In this document: positions 19,819 through 28,958 of the stretch, one piece after another
Numbering within the stretch: the stretch's first letter is position 1
How the letters are laid out: each line of letters opens with the position of its first letter
NCBI GenBank assembly: GCA_964638975.1
Contig: CAZXAJ010000006.1
Span: 33,301-97,300, forward strand
Reading direction: 5' to 3'
DNA from: an uncultured Dehalococcoidales bacterium
Lineage (GTDB): Bacteria; Chloroflexota; Dehalococcoidia; GIF9; AB-539-J10
Length of the DNA: 64,000 bases
Made by a program: the position numbers and the translations under genes
The notes under the pieces: model-generated
Database searches by the model: none
What the model saw: only the letters and a program-made list of their open reading frames with translations
What the model was told of the DNA's origin: nothing

Positions 19819-20349
19819 TCAAAACAACTCGTATCCTGTTGTCAAAGCCTTTTTGTTAATGGCAACCAGTTTTTCCTTTTTCTTCAAGGTACTCCCCAGC
19901 CCTTCAATCAAAGTGGACAGGGAAACCAGATTGCTTTTCCTTGTGAACGCTCCCAGCATCACCATGTTAGCAGACCTAGGACTCCCTAACTCCTCAGCAA
20001 TGCGATTTGCGGGAACCCCAACCACCTCAATATCACCCCTCCCGATGTCAGCTTCCACCAAAGAGGAATTGAAAAGTAACACTCCCCCTGATTGAACCTG
20101 ATTTTGAAATCTAAGCAAAGAAGGCTGATTCATAGCTACAACAAAGTCCGGAGAAGAAGCGACTGGAGAGGCAATCTCTTCATCGGATATGGCTACAGTA
20201 CAATTGGCAGTCCCTCCGCGAACTTCAGCACCATAGGCCGGTAAGTAAGTCACGTTCTTCCTCTCCAACATCGCTGCCTGGGCCAAACTGAGACCCATAG
20301 ACAGAACTCCCTGTCCTCCAAATCCGGCAAATATCGTCTTAATCAGCAT
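19819..20349 (-). CDS. 2-oxoacid:ferredoxin oxidoreductase, gamma subunit (set 1)
   Basis: 176 aa, FAGFGGQGVLSMG... motif. Gene order is delta-alpha-beta-gamma. Confidence 0.9.
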   Translation of the reverse strand: MLIKTIFAGFGGQGVLSMGLSLAQAAMLERKNVTYLPAYGAEVRGGTANCTVAISDEEIASPVASSPDFVVAMNQPSLLRFQNQVQSGGVLLFNSSLVEADIGRGDIEVVGVPANRIAEELGSPRSANMVMLGAFTRKSNLVSLSTLIEGLGSTLKKKEKLVAINKKALTTGYELF

Positions 20350-21094
20350 TTCCCTTTCCAGTCACATCCTTGATTACTCCTAAGGGAAACTCCTTGGTCA
20401 TCTCTTTGTCGATCCACTCCCACGCTTCCACCGGGCTCATCTTCCAATTAGTAGGACAGGGCGAGAGTATTTCCACCAGAGAAAAACCGAGGTCGTCGAT
20501 CTGCGTTTGGAATGCCTTGCGGATGGCCTTCTTCGTCTTTCTGATGTTGGCCGGGGAATTCACCGCAGTCCGCTCAATATATACTGCACCTTTAATCAGG
20601 GCCAGAATTTCGCTCATCTTGATGGGATATCCCTCTATCCTCGCATCTCGTCCATAGGGGGTAGTGGTAGTCTGCTGGTCCAGAAGGGTGGTGGGGGCCA
20701 TCTGCCCGCCGGTCATCCCATAGACAGCATTGTTTATAAAGATAGCGGTTATCCTTTCTCCTCTATTAGCGGCATGTAGGGTCTCCCCAGTCCCAATGGC
20801 AGCAAGATCACCATCCCCCTGATAAGTGAATACTATCGCCCCTGGATATGCCCTTTTTATGCCGGTGGCCACAGCCGCTCCCCTACCATGAGCTGACTCT
20901 GCCATATCCACGTCAAAGTAGTCGTAAGCAAAGACCGAACATCCCGGCGGGGGGATACCAATAGCCTTGTCCTGAAAGCCCATCTCGTCAATCACCTCGC
21001 ACATCACCCTGTGGATAATGGAATGCCCACATCCCGGGCAGTAATGAAAACGAGCCCTCTTCAACGACTTCGGCCGGGCGTATACTTTTTTCAT
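20339..21094 (-). CDS. 2-oxoacid:ferredoxin oxidoreductase, beta (TPP-binding) subunit (set 1)
   Basis: 251 aa with YCPGCGH and a GDGDLAAIG TPP motif. Confidence 0.92.
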   Translation of the reverse strand: MKKVYARPKSLKRARFHYCPGCGHSIIHRVMCEVIDEMGFQDKAIGIPPPGCSVFAYDYFDVDMAESAHGRGAAVATGIKRAYPGAIVFTYQGDGDLAAIGTGETLHAANRGERITAIFINNAVYGMTGGQMAPTTLLDQQTTTTPYGRDARIEGYPIKMSEILALIKGAVYIERTAVNSPANIRKTKKAIRKAFQTQIDDLGFSLVEILSPCPTNWKMSPVEAWEWIDKEMTKEFPLGVIKDVTGKGNAD

Positions 21095-21098
21095 TTCC

Positions 21099-22166
21099 CT
21101 ACTTCAAACCCTTCTGATAGCAAAGGCGTGATGCCACACGAAATACCTCGCTGGGCGTGGGAATGACACCCCCCGGCCTCCCATAGAAGAAGACTTCACC
21201 TTTACCTTCCAACGCCAGTTGCACATCTTCCAGCATCTGGCCCATATTCATTTCAAAGACGAGGAAATTCTTCACTCTATTGGCCAGTTCTCTGAGCTCC
21301 TCAGAAGGAAAGGGCCAGAGAGTGATTGGCCTGAACATTCCTACCTTCAAACCATCTGCCCGGGCATTCTTGATCGCCCCTCTGGCAATCCGGGCTGCCA
21401 TGCCAAAAGCGACAATTACCAGATCAGCATCCTCAATCAGAAAGGTCTCATAAGTCACTTCTTTTTTCTTGATCAATTGGTATCTTCTATACAGACTCCA
21501 GTTTATCTCCTCCAGCTCGCTTGGCTTTGAGGTAAAGGTCTTAATAATTCTGCTTGGCCGCCCCTTCGCCCCCCTCAATGCACGGCTCCTTACCGGTAAT
21601 TCTTCGGGGGCTTCATACTTGAATTCTACAGGCTCCTTCATTTGCCCCAGCATGCCATCTCCAAGGACAACCACTGGTATTAGATATCTGTCAGCAAGGT
21701 CGAATGCCCTGTGGATTAGATCTGCCAATTCCTGTACCGACGACGGCGCCAAGACTATGGTACGATAATCTCCATGACCTCCACCCCGTGTAGCCTGAAA
21801 GTAGTCTGACTGAGAGGCAACTATGCTTCCTAACCCCGGCCCACCTCTGGACATGTTGACAATAACAGCAGGAAGCTCGCAAGCTGCCAAATATGAAATC
21901 CCTTCCTGCTTGAGGCTGATTCCAGGACTGGAGGAAGAGGTCATTGCCCTGACTCCAGCCAGACTCGCTCCATATACCATGTTTATGGCCGAAATCTCAC
22001 TTTCCGCCTGAATAAAAGAACACCCCTTCCTTCTGCTCAAGTGGGCAGCCATATACTCGGTCAGTTCATTCTGAGGGGTAATTGGGTAACCAAAATAGCA
22101 CTGGCAGCCTGCCCTGATGGCTGCTTCCCCAATTGCGCTGTTTCCATCCATGAGAACCTTAGCCAC
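21099..22166 (-). CDS. 2-oxoacid:ferredoxin oxidoreductase, alpha subunit (set 1)
   Basis: 355 aa, GNSAIGEAAIRAGCQCYFGYPITPQNE motif. Confidence 0.92.
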   Translation of the reverse strand: MAKVLMDGNSAIGEAAIRAGCQCYFGYPITPQNELTEYMAAHLSRRKGCSFIQAESEISAINMVYGASLAGVRAMTSSSSPGISLKQEGISYLAACELPAVIVNMSRGGPGLGSIVASQSDYFQATRGGGHGDYRTIVLAPSSVQELADLIHRAFDLADRYLIPVVVLGDGMLGQMKEPVEFKYEAPEELPVRSRALRGAKGRPSRIIKTFTSKPSELEEINWSLYRRYQLIKKKEVTYETFLIEDADLVIVAFGMAARIARGAIKNARADGLKVGMFRPITLWPFPSEELRELANRVKNFLVFEMNMGQMLEDVQLALEGKGEVFFYGRPGGVIPTPSEVFRVASRLCYQKGLK

Positions 22167-22386
22167 GGTACACCTCTATCGCGACTTCCGGACACACCAG
22201 CGCGCAGATGGCACAGCCTGTGCACTCACCATCATCATTGAAGTAAGCTGGCAGGTAGCCACTGGCATTGAGCTTATCAGATAGAGAAATTACGTCCTTG
22301 GGGCAGAACGATATGCAGATTTCACATCCCTTGCAAAGCTCCTGGTCAATCTCAATATATCCTTTCATCTTGGCGGCTGTTTCCAT
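22159..22386 (-). CDS. 2-oxoacid:ferredoxin oxidoreductase, delta (2x[4Fe-4S]) subunit (set 1)
   Basis: Two cluster motifs (CKGCEICISFCP and CTGCAICALVCP). ATG 22386 (METAAKMKGY) is preferred over TTG 22407. Confidence 0.85.
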   Translation of the reverse strand: METAAKMKGYIEIDQELCKGCEICISFCPKDVISLSDKLNASGYLPAYFNDDGECTGCAICALVCPEVAIEVYRG

Positions 22387-22439
22387 CGGAATCTCGCAGA
22401 GGCACAATACCAGCTGATAAAGCTATAAAGTAAATCAAT

Positions 22440-23100
22440 ACGGATAACACATATAGTGAACAAGATACCAGAGCCGAGGCACATATGACCGAGTGGACTC
22501 TCTCATTAGCTGTGACACACCTGTGCTAGAAGTATAACAACGCAACAAGAGAAAGTCCACTCGAAGTAGCAACTGTACACGAGCAAACAACCCGTGATAA
22601 CCCCAGGAACCTTGCTCCTCTGTCTTGATGTTTGCTTAGTTCAGCCGATTACGTTTCTAATCTTTAGTGCTTGCCCACGTGGCTGGCATTCAAGCTTCCC
22701 AGTGTCCAGGCTCAGTCGCCGCGGGAACAGGACAGGACACGGTTACCTCCACCACCCTTTAGGTTTTACTTGAAGATATTCCTTTCTTATCATCCTCACG
22801 AGGCTTAATGAGAATGACACTGTGCCATAAAGCTTGTCGTGAACTACGACTGCTTCTCCATAGTCCCTCTCGCAGTAGCACCTGTTTTCGCTGCCAAAAG
22901 TCGGCTGACTTTGTTGCTGAGATCGGCAATAAGCGACTTTCGTAAGATAGCCTGACAATCGAGACCTGCTTAGAATTTAGCCCAGAGCCTCTGGTTCCGA
23001 AACAAAGAAGGGCCATTATCAGAAGCAAACCTATGTGCACAGAATGTGTTACACATGGAACCAGCCTACAGGAGCCCCGCAGCAATCCCTTACTATCTTT
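22440..23100. other. ORF-free, hairpin-rich region: unassigned candidate structured RNA, or a decayed remnant
   Basis: There is no + strand ORF of at least 60 aa, and the only - strand ORFs have implausible composition. Several perfect local stems are present (see findings). No known RNA family was recognised. Confidence 0.25.
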
Positions 23101-23203
23101 CTGGTCAATGTAAATTTATCGAACCACTGCAAAATATTTAAAGAAAACTATTGACAGTCGAACAATGAATATCTTATCCTTGAATAAAAAGGGAGGTGAG
23201 CTG

Positions 23204-23344
23204 ATGCAAGCATACTGTATGAAGTGCCGTGCCAAAAGAGAAATGAAGGATACCAAGAGCATAACTATGAAGAACGGCAGGCCGGCCACTCAAGGTGTGT
23301 GTCCCGTATGTGGGACCAAGATGTTCAGAATAGGTAAGAGTTAA
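23204..23344 (+). CDS. DUF5679-like mini zinc-ribbon protein (46 aa; below the ORF-track cutoff)
   Basis: GGGAGGTGA SD, then ATG 23204. The product MQAYCMKCRAKREMKDTKSITMKNGRPATQGVCPVCGTKMFRIGKS has a CxxC...CxxC ribbon. A strong terminator follows. Family name is from memory. Confidence 0.8.
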   Translation: MQAYCMKCRAKREMKDTKSITMKNGRPATQGVCPVCGTKMFRIGKS

Positions 23345-23377
23345 AGCTAATACTGCGGGTGGCGGAATCACTGGAGG

Positions 23378-23415
23378 GCTGGGTATCTTTACACAAGGAT
23401 ACCCAGCTTTCTGTT
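23378..23415 (+). terminator. Rho-independent terminator
   Basis: GCTGGGTATC (23378-23387) pairs perfectly with GATACCCAGC (23398-23407) around a 10-nt loop, followed by TTTCTGTT. Confidence 0.65.
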
Positions 23416-23619
23416 ACCGACTATACCAAGGGCTGAGGTTATGCCTACCCAGAGTAAAAATCATCTCCGAATTGCTTATTGGAATTTAATTTAATGGGCC
23501 TGATACCCATTATGGGCTGCTCTAGCTGCCAGCTGAGCCATCGGATTATGTTACCTCTTGTCTAATCTCTGTGGGATAGTGGGGGCTTCCTTTTTACAAA
23601 ACTACATGCGCGATGGTAG

Positions 23620-24819
23620 ATGCGGGAATTGAGAATATCTCGACAGCTGCTACAAAGAATAGGTAAATGGCAATATATCTGGCTTTGCCTGCTAGTATTG
23701 GTCACGCTAGCCATGCATCTCAGCATCATTACCCATCCCGCAGAGCCCATCTTTGACGAAAAACATTATGTCGCCGATGCCAAGTCTATTCTTCAGGGAC
23801 ATGACACCTTACGTCCTGAACACCCCCCCCTTGGCAAACTCTTAATAGTATCTGGGATATTTATATTTGGCGATAATCCATTTGGCTGGCGCCTTTTCTC
23901 CGTCATATTTGGAACCATTTGCATCATATTATTCTATTTGATCTGTTGCCAGCTAATGATGCCCAAGATAGCATCAATTTTAGCTACTTCGCTACTGGCT
24001 CTCGATAGCCTGAGTTTTGTCCAAGCAAGCGTGGCTATGCTCGATGTCTTCAGCTTAGCCTTTACGCTACTCGCCTTCTGGCTCTATCTTAAGGGCAAAT
24101 ATCTTCTCTCTGGGGTCTCTGTGGGCTTGAGCGCTTTAGCCAAGCTCAGTGGAGCACTGGCTCTTCCAGCCATACTGCTGCACTGGCTGTTGGCCAGGCG
24201 AACACGCCCTCGTAAGTTCGTCCCCTCAATATTTTTGGCACCGGCGTCCTTTTTGCTTTTCATGCCCTTGTTTGATTTCGTTGTTTCGGGGCAGTTTCTC
24301 AATCCCATCGGCCGGGTAAAGACTATGTTAAGCTTAAGCGGCAGTTTGACCTTCGCCAACACTACCTACGAGGCGCTCAGCCGTCCTTGGGACTGGGTAC
24401 TGCGCCCAGAAATTATGGCCTACTGGTATGACCCTCACTACATTGCTGCCATCAGCTTCACTATTTGGGCCCTAATCATCCCCAGTGTGCTCTACATGGC
24501 CTTCAGAGCAAAGAGGGGTGATAACGCTGGACTTTTCGGTATATCATGGTTTGCCAGCACCTACTTGCTCTGGATACCAGCAAGCATAATCACAGATAGG
24601 ATCAGCTTCGTATACTATTTCTACCCCACTGTGGGAGCCATATGTATCGGTCTTGGGTTAGGCCTGTCCCGACTCATAGCCATATGGCAGACAAGAAATA
24701 CCGGCAAGCTTAGACAGGCAGCGATGCTGGCAGTGGTGGTCTACCTGCTGCTCCATGTAAGCATTTTTGTCATTCTTTCACCTCTATCCAGCTGGTGGGC
24801 AGTACCACTTCCCGCCTGA
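23620..24819 (+). CDS. Membrane glycosyltransferase, GT39/PMT-like (lipid-carrier dependent)
   Basis: 399 aa, polytopic, with a first-loop motif IFDEKHYV similar to the PMT-family DE motif. Confidence 0.78.
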   Translation: MRELRISRQLLQRIGKWQYIWLCLLVLVTLAMHLSIITHPAEPIFDEKHYVADAKSILQGHDTLRPEHPPLGKLLIVSGIFIFGDNPFGWRLFSVIFGTICIILFYLICCQLMMPKIASILATSLLALDSLSFVQASVAMLDVFSLAFTLLAFWLYLKGKYLLSGVSVGLSALAKLSGALALPAILLHWLLARRTRPRKFVPSIFLAPASFLLFMPLFDFVVSGQFLNPIGRVKTMLSLSGSLTFANTTYEALSRPWDWVLRPEIMAYWYDPHYIAAISFTIWALIIPSVLYMAFRAKRGDNAGLFGISWFASTYLLWIPASIITDRISFVYYFYPTVGAICIGLGLGLSRLIAIWQTRNTGKLRQAAMLAVVVYLLLHVSIFVILSPLSSWWAVPLPA

Positions 24820-25018
24820 TTCGGGATCTCTTGTTACCCCCCACAGACTCAGGTTCAACGAGTTATTTTAAGGACGGCTCGCTGCTGGATTGGGCACCGT
24901 GAAATAAGCAAGTTTACCCTTCAGCCTGCTATCTTGTAGATTAGTCTCGGAGGAGATTGTATAATACGGGTAGCCAATTGGCACTTCTCGAGTTCACAAC
25001 GTTGGAAGAGAGATAATC

Positions 25019-25471
25019 ATGGAGCTCCCGAAATCAGGGGTGCTTATCTGCGATGACTCCCTGTGCACTGGATGCGGGGTCTGCGAGCTAATATGTTCGC
25101 TATTCCATAATGGTTTGACATGGCCTGCTCTGTCCAGATTGCAGGTAGTACATAATCCTTTTGCTGATAGTGTCAACATCTATGCCTGTCAGCAATGCGA
25201 CTCCCCGAGCTGTTACCTCGCATGCCCGCTGCCAGACCAGGCTCTGTGTATCGATAAACTGACCGGCGCCAGATACATCGATGAGGACGAGTGTACTGGT
25301 TGCGGGCTTTGTATCGATGCCTGCTCCTTTGATCCTCCCAGGGTAAGATTCAACATAGACAAGAGTGCTGCTTTCAAATGCGACCTGTGCAGGGGCAGAG
25401 AAACTGGACCAGCCTGTGTTGAGTACTGCGGCTACGGGGCTTTGCGCTTCATCCCAAGAGATGAGAGGTAA
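25019..25471 (+). CDS. Poly-[4Fe-4S] ferredoxin-type electron-transfer subunit
   Basis: 150 aa with CTGCGVCELIC, CQQCDSPSCYLACP and CTGCGLCIDAC motifs. It ends 5 nt before the AOR gene. Confidence 0.85.
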   Translation: MELPKSGVLICDDSLCTGCGVCELICSLFHNGLTWPALSRLQVVHNPFADSVNIYACQQCDSPSCYLACPLPDQALCIDKLTGARYIDEDECTGCGLCIDACSFDPPRVRFNIDKSAAFKCDLCRGRETGPACVEYCGYGALRFIPRDER

Positions 25472-25476
25472 AGAGT

Positions 25477-27381
25477 ATGCTTAAATTATATGGTTGGGCA
25501 GGGCTAGTCCTCCAGGTTGACTTGACGAGCGGCAAGATAAACAAGGTGCCGACAGCAGAATATGAGCCAGAGAAGTTCATTGGAGGGTTAGGGCTCAATA
25601 CAAAAGTTTTCTGGAGTCGCGGATGTCCTAAGATAGCTGCTTTCGATCCCGAAAACCCACTGCTTGTTTCAGCCGGCCCGCTGACTGGCACGGTGGGGCC
25701 CTTCTCAAGAGGGATGCTAAGCAGCATATCACCACAGTCTTACCCCGACGAGTTATTCTCCTACTCCTCATTCGGAGGAAAATGGCCGGCACAATTGAAA
25801 TACGCCGGATATGATGGGCTTGTTATTACAGGGCAAGCATCTAAGCCCGTGTACTTATCAATAGAGGATGCCGATGTGTATATCAACGACGCCACCCACT
25901 TGTGGGGCATTGACACATGGGCCACTGGAGAAGCATTACTGAGCAAGGACATGAAAGCTGAATCCCTCTGCATCGGGCCGGCTGCCGAGAATCTCAGCCG
26001 TATTGCGCCCGTTATGACCAGGACGGGAAACACAGCAGGCCAGGGCGGGTTTGGAGCAGTCATGGGTGCAAAGAACCTGAAGGCGATTCGCCTAAAGGGA
26101 ACAGGCGCCATACGAATCGCAAGACCGGACGAGTTGCTGAGGCTGATAAAATTGATGGCCGAGGAGAAATCCGTCGGCGGCAGCGACCTTATGCCGGATT
26201 TGAGGAAGCCTCTTGTCTCAAAGGCAACGAGGGACGAGCTAGTACAAAAATACCGCACCAGGTTCAGTGGATGCTACGGCTGTCCGTATCAATGTATGGC
26301 GACATACAAGGTCCCTAAACTTGGCACGGGCGCGGCATCTTGTGCACAGTGGGTATATGGGGCTTATGACTCCGAAGATGCCGAATCCATATGGGAAGCA
26401 AACGTATTGATGCAGAAGCTCGGCTTCGAAAACTATTCAATCGAAGCGATTCTCTCCTTTTTGTATTTATGCAGAAAAGAAGGCATTCTGACGGAAAATG
26501 ATTTCCAGGACCTCGGCATACCTCTATGTAAGTTCTTGGGCGGCAAAGCTTCGGGGCATGAGTTTCTAACATCCCTACTATACGCAATGGCTGATGGGAG
26601 AAGTATCTTCTCAAATGGTTTGCCCAGGGCTATAAAGCACTTCAATAAGGAAGCATTTCAGATTTACCGAAGCCTGTATACAGCACATGGCTACTCCGTT
26701 CATCATCATGAGACCGTTGGGGGTGCCCTTCACTGGGCACTCGATACGCGAGACACCAGTCCATCAGCTGCTGACGAAATGTCATTTATGTATGCCCCTC
26801 ATGTTGCGCAGTACTTTGGAGTTGCTGGTGGTGAATCAACCCACAATCAACCGGAAAACACCACATACGAAGGAAACGAGAGAAATATAGCATTTTCTGT
26901 TAAACATCAGATGTTGAGGAATTCCCTGCCCTGGTGTGAGTGGCACTCAAACCCAGCTTCCTTCTTCAAGCCGCCTGAGATGGACATCAGAACCTTGGAA
27001 AGCAGGGCTTTCTCGGCTGTAACCGGGGTAGATAAGGACGTAGAGGAGATTTGGAAGGCTGGAGAAGCAATCTGGAATTTGCGAAGGGCAGTAATGGTCA
27101 AGCGGGAGAATCGCACCAGGAAGGAAGATGTGATTGACGATGTCCATTTCGAGCAGGAGACAAACATTGCTACAACCCTTCCTCTAGATTTCAAGTTCGG
27201 CTACGGTGTTCGCAGAGGAGGCCCCTTAAACAGGGATGAATTTGAAGCACTCAAAAGCAGGTACTACGAGTTAGTCGGGTGGGATGTTAACACCGGCTGG
27301 CCAACAAGGGCCAAACTGGAGAAGCTGGGGCTTAAAGATGTTGCCGATGAGCTGGCAGCTGCGGGGCAGTCCGCGCAGTAA
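25477..27381 (+). CDS. Aldehyde:ferredoxin oxidoreductase-family tungstopterin enzyme (AOR/BamB-like)
   Basis: 634 aa with an AOR N-terminal domain (GWAGLVLQVDLTSGKI...GGLGLNTKVFW...SAGPLTG) and a CxxCxxxC cluster motif (GCYGCPYQC). Confidence 0.92.
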   Translation: MLKLYGWAGLVLQVDLTSGKINKVPTAEYEPEKFIGGLGLNTKVFWSRGCPKIAAFDPENPLLVSAGPLTGTVGPFSRGMLSSISPQSYPDELFSYSSFGGKWPAQLKYAGYDGLVITGQASKPVYLSIEDADVYINDATHLWGIDTWATGEALLSKDMKAESLCIGPAAENLSRIAPVMTRTGNTAGQGGFGAVMGAKNLKAIRLKGTGAIRIARPDELLRLIKLMAEEKSVGGSDLMPDLRKPLVSKATRDELVQKYRTRFSGCYGCPYQCMATYKVPKLGTGAASCAQWVYGAYDSEDAESIWEANVLMQKLGFENYSIEAILSFLYLCRKEGILTENDFQDLGIPLCKFLGGKASGHEFLTSLLYAMADGRSIFSNGLPRAIKHFNKEAFQIYRSLYTAHGYSVHHHETVGGALHWALDTRDTSPSAADEMSFMYAPHVAQYFGVAGGESTHNQPENTTYEGNERNIAFSVKHQMLRNSLPWCEWHSNPASFFKPPEMDIRTLESRAFSAVTGVDKDVEEIWKAGEAIWNLRRAVMVKRENRTRKEDVIDDVHFEQETNIATTLPLDFKFGYGVRRGGPLNRDEFEALKSRYYELVGWDVNTGWPTRAKLEKLGLKDVADELAAAGQSAQ

Positions 27382-27457
27382 AAAAATGACGCTTCTGCCT
27401 TTCGATCCAGGTCATCACCACAGATAACATCTATGCCGGAACGCGAAGGAGACTGGA

Positions 27458-28219
27458 ATGGCAGAGGATAGAGCAGATTTTGAAACGAAGGGAGCTATCG
27501 GAATTGCCTGGATTGAAAACCCCGCTAAAGGGAATGCGCTGAGCTCGAAGGTTCTGAGAGATTTGTTGGAGATCCTCAATATTGTAGCGCGAGACAAGAA
27601 TCTCCTTTTTTTGATAGTGAGTTCAAGAGGGAAACATTTCTGTACCGGGTTTGACATAGCTGGCATTGAAGATGCTGATGCAGTAAGGGAGAGAATCGGC
27701 TTGTTTGCGCGCGGGCTTCAGCGGATTGAAAGGCTTCCGGTACCGGTGCTTGCTGCAGTCAGGGGGGCTGCCTTTGGTGGTGGGTTTGAGCTTGCCCTGG
27801 CTTGTGACATGATAATTGCCTCCGAAAAATCAATCTTCTGTTTTCCCGAGCCAGCCTTGGGGGCTTGTCCGCTCTTTGGAGCCATAAGGCTGCCGCAGCT
27901 TGTTGGCAGGCCCAGAGCGAAGGAAATCATGATGACTTGCCGCAGGGTGCCTGCTCACGAAGCAGCAAGCATTGGTCTGGTTAACAAAGTCGTGGCTGAT
28001 GAAGAACTCATGGATTCAGCAATCAGTTTGGCCGAAGACATTGTCGAAAAAGGCCCTATTGCAATTCGGATGGTAAAGGTCTCTGTAAATCGTGAGCTGG
28101 GCGGCGCTGACCTGGCATATATGAAGGGGTATGAGTTGAGCCCTCGGGCTTCCGAAGATTTTCGGGGAGGTGTGAAGGCATTTTTTGAAAGGAAGGAGCC
28201 ACGATTTAAGGGCAGGTAG
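27458..28219 (+). CDS. Enoyl-CoA hydratase/isomerase (crotonase) family protein
   Basis: 253 aa with an oxyanion-hole region (AAVRGAAFGGGFELALACD). Confidence 0.9.
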   Translation: MAEDRADFETKGAIGIAWIENPAKGNALSSKVLRDLLEILNIVARDKNLLFLIVSSRGKHFCTGFDIAGIEDADAVRERIGLFARGLQRIERLPVPVLAAVRGAAFGGGFELALACDMIIASEKSIFCFPEPALGACPLFGAIRLPQLVGRPRAKEIMMTCRRVPAHEAASIGLVNKVVADEELMDSAISLAEDIVEKGPIAIRMVKVSVNRELGGADLAYMKGYELSPRASEDFRGGVKAFFERKEPRFKGR

Positions 28220-28269
28220 TTTTTGATGACGTTGCAGACCAGTCAAATGCCATGTTCCATTCTGTTACA

Positions 28270-28731
28270 TCAATCATCAATGTGGATAAACTGAACTCTA
28301 TCAAAACGTGCGATTATATAGTCCGTTACTGTTACTTTCATAAGCGCCTTGTCTGACCCGTTGACAAATTCCGCAAGATGGGGATATTTGGAAACATAAG
28401 CCTCCTCGAGCCTGTACCGCTCGCTCCCTGAAACTTCTTCAGCGGTACCTATCGCAGTCACAGCCAGCGCAGCCTTGAAATCGGCCATTCGGTTCTTCCT
28501 GTTATCTATCATAATCGCCACCTTGGGATTTGATATGGAATTTGCATATTTTCTAGTATTCCGACTGGTTACAAAAATGAGGTTTCTTAGCCCACCTGCT
28601 TCTGCAAACGCTACGAGATTGCTGTAAGGCTGTCCGTCATATTGCGTAGCCAGCACACAAAGCCGCTGGGATGCACATAGTTTTTTCACCTGCCGCCTGA
28701 GCGCAGACACAGCTTCCTTTTTATCCTTCAT
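28270..28731 (-). CDS. Pyridoxamine 5'-phosphate oxidase-like FMN-binding split-barrel protein
   Basis: 153 aa with the pattern LCVLATQYDGQPYSNLVAF...FVTSRNTRKYANISNPKVAIMID. Confidence 0.78.
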   Translation of the reverse strand: MKDKKEAVSALRRQVKKLCASQRLCVLATQYDGQPYSNLVAFAEAGGLRNLIFVTSRNTRKYANSISNPKVAIMIDNRKNRMADFKAALAVTAIGTAEEVSGSERYRLEEAYVSKYPHLAEFVNGSDKALMKVTVTDYIIARFDRVQFIHIDD

Positions 28732-28958
28732 AATACCACTAATGATTGCAGATAGTTTCCCGCGAATTAAGCCTATTCCAGTACCCTTATAATTCTTGGT
28801 ACCATTATATTACCAATATGCTGGGCTCTCAAACAGGTGAGCAAAAATTGCTCGTGTCAAGGCGTGTTCAATTAAAATGTTAGGTCCTCTGGTTGTAGAA
28901 TGCGGAGAATACCAATTCAATCATTACGCCACAAAACTAGGCATGTTAACATGGCGAC

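Noticed and set aside
22545-22600. RNase P RNA-like strings on the + strand (AGAGAAAGTCCACTC resembling the P4 GAGGAAAGTCC; GCAACTGTACACGAGCAAAC resembling GCAACAGAGAGCAAAC).
   Set aside because: There is no complementary P4 3' strand (…ACAGAA..GTGG.CTTA), no GGTAAGAGC-type or GGAGCAAGGCCAAATAGG-type modules on the same strand, and the spacing is wrong. The AAAGTCCACTC instead pairs locally with 22491-22499.
22735-22760. CCTCCACCA on the + strand, suggestive of a tmRNA or tRNA-like 3' end.
   Set aside because: No T-arm (GGxxxTTCGAATCxxCC) precedes it, and there is no GGGG... 5' acceptor partner.
22948-22972. B12-box-like string GAGACCTGC (cobalamin riboswitch).
   Set aside because: It is an isolated 9-mer. 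None of the other cobalamin-riboswitch core elements lie upstream, and no B12-related gene lies downstream.
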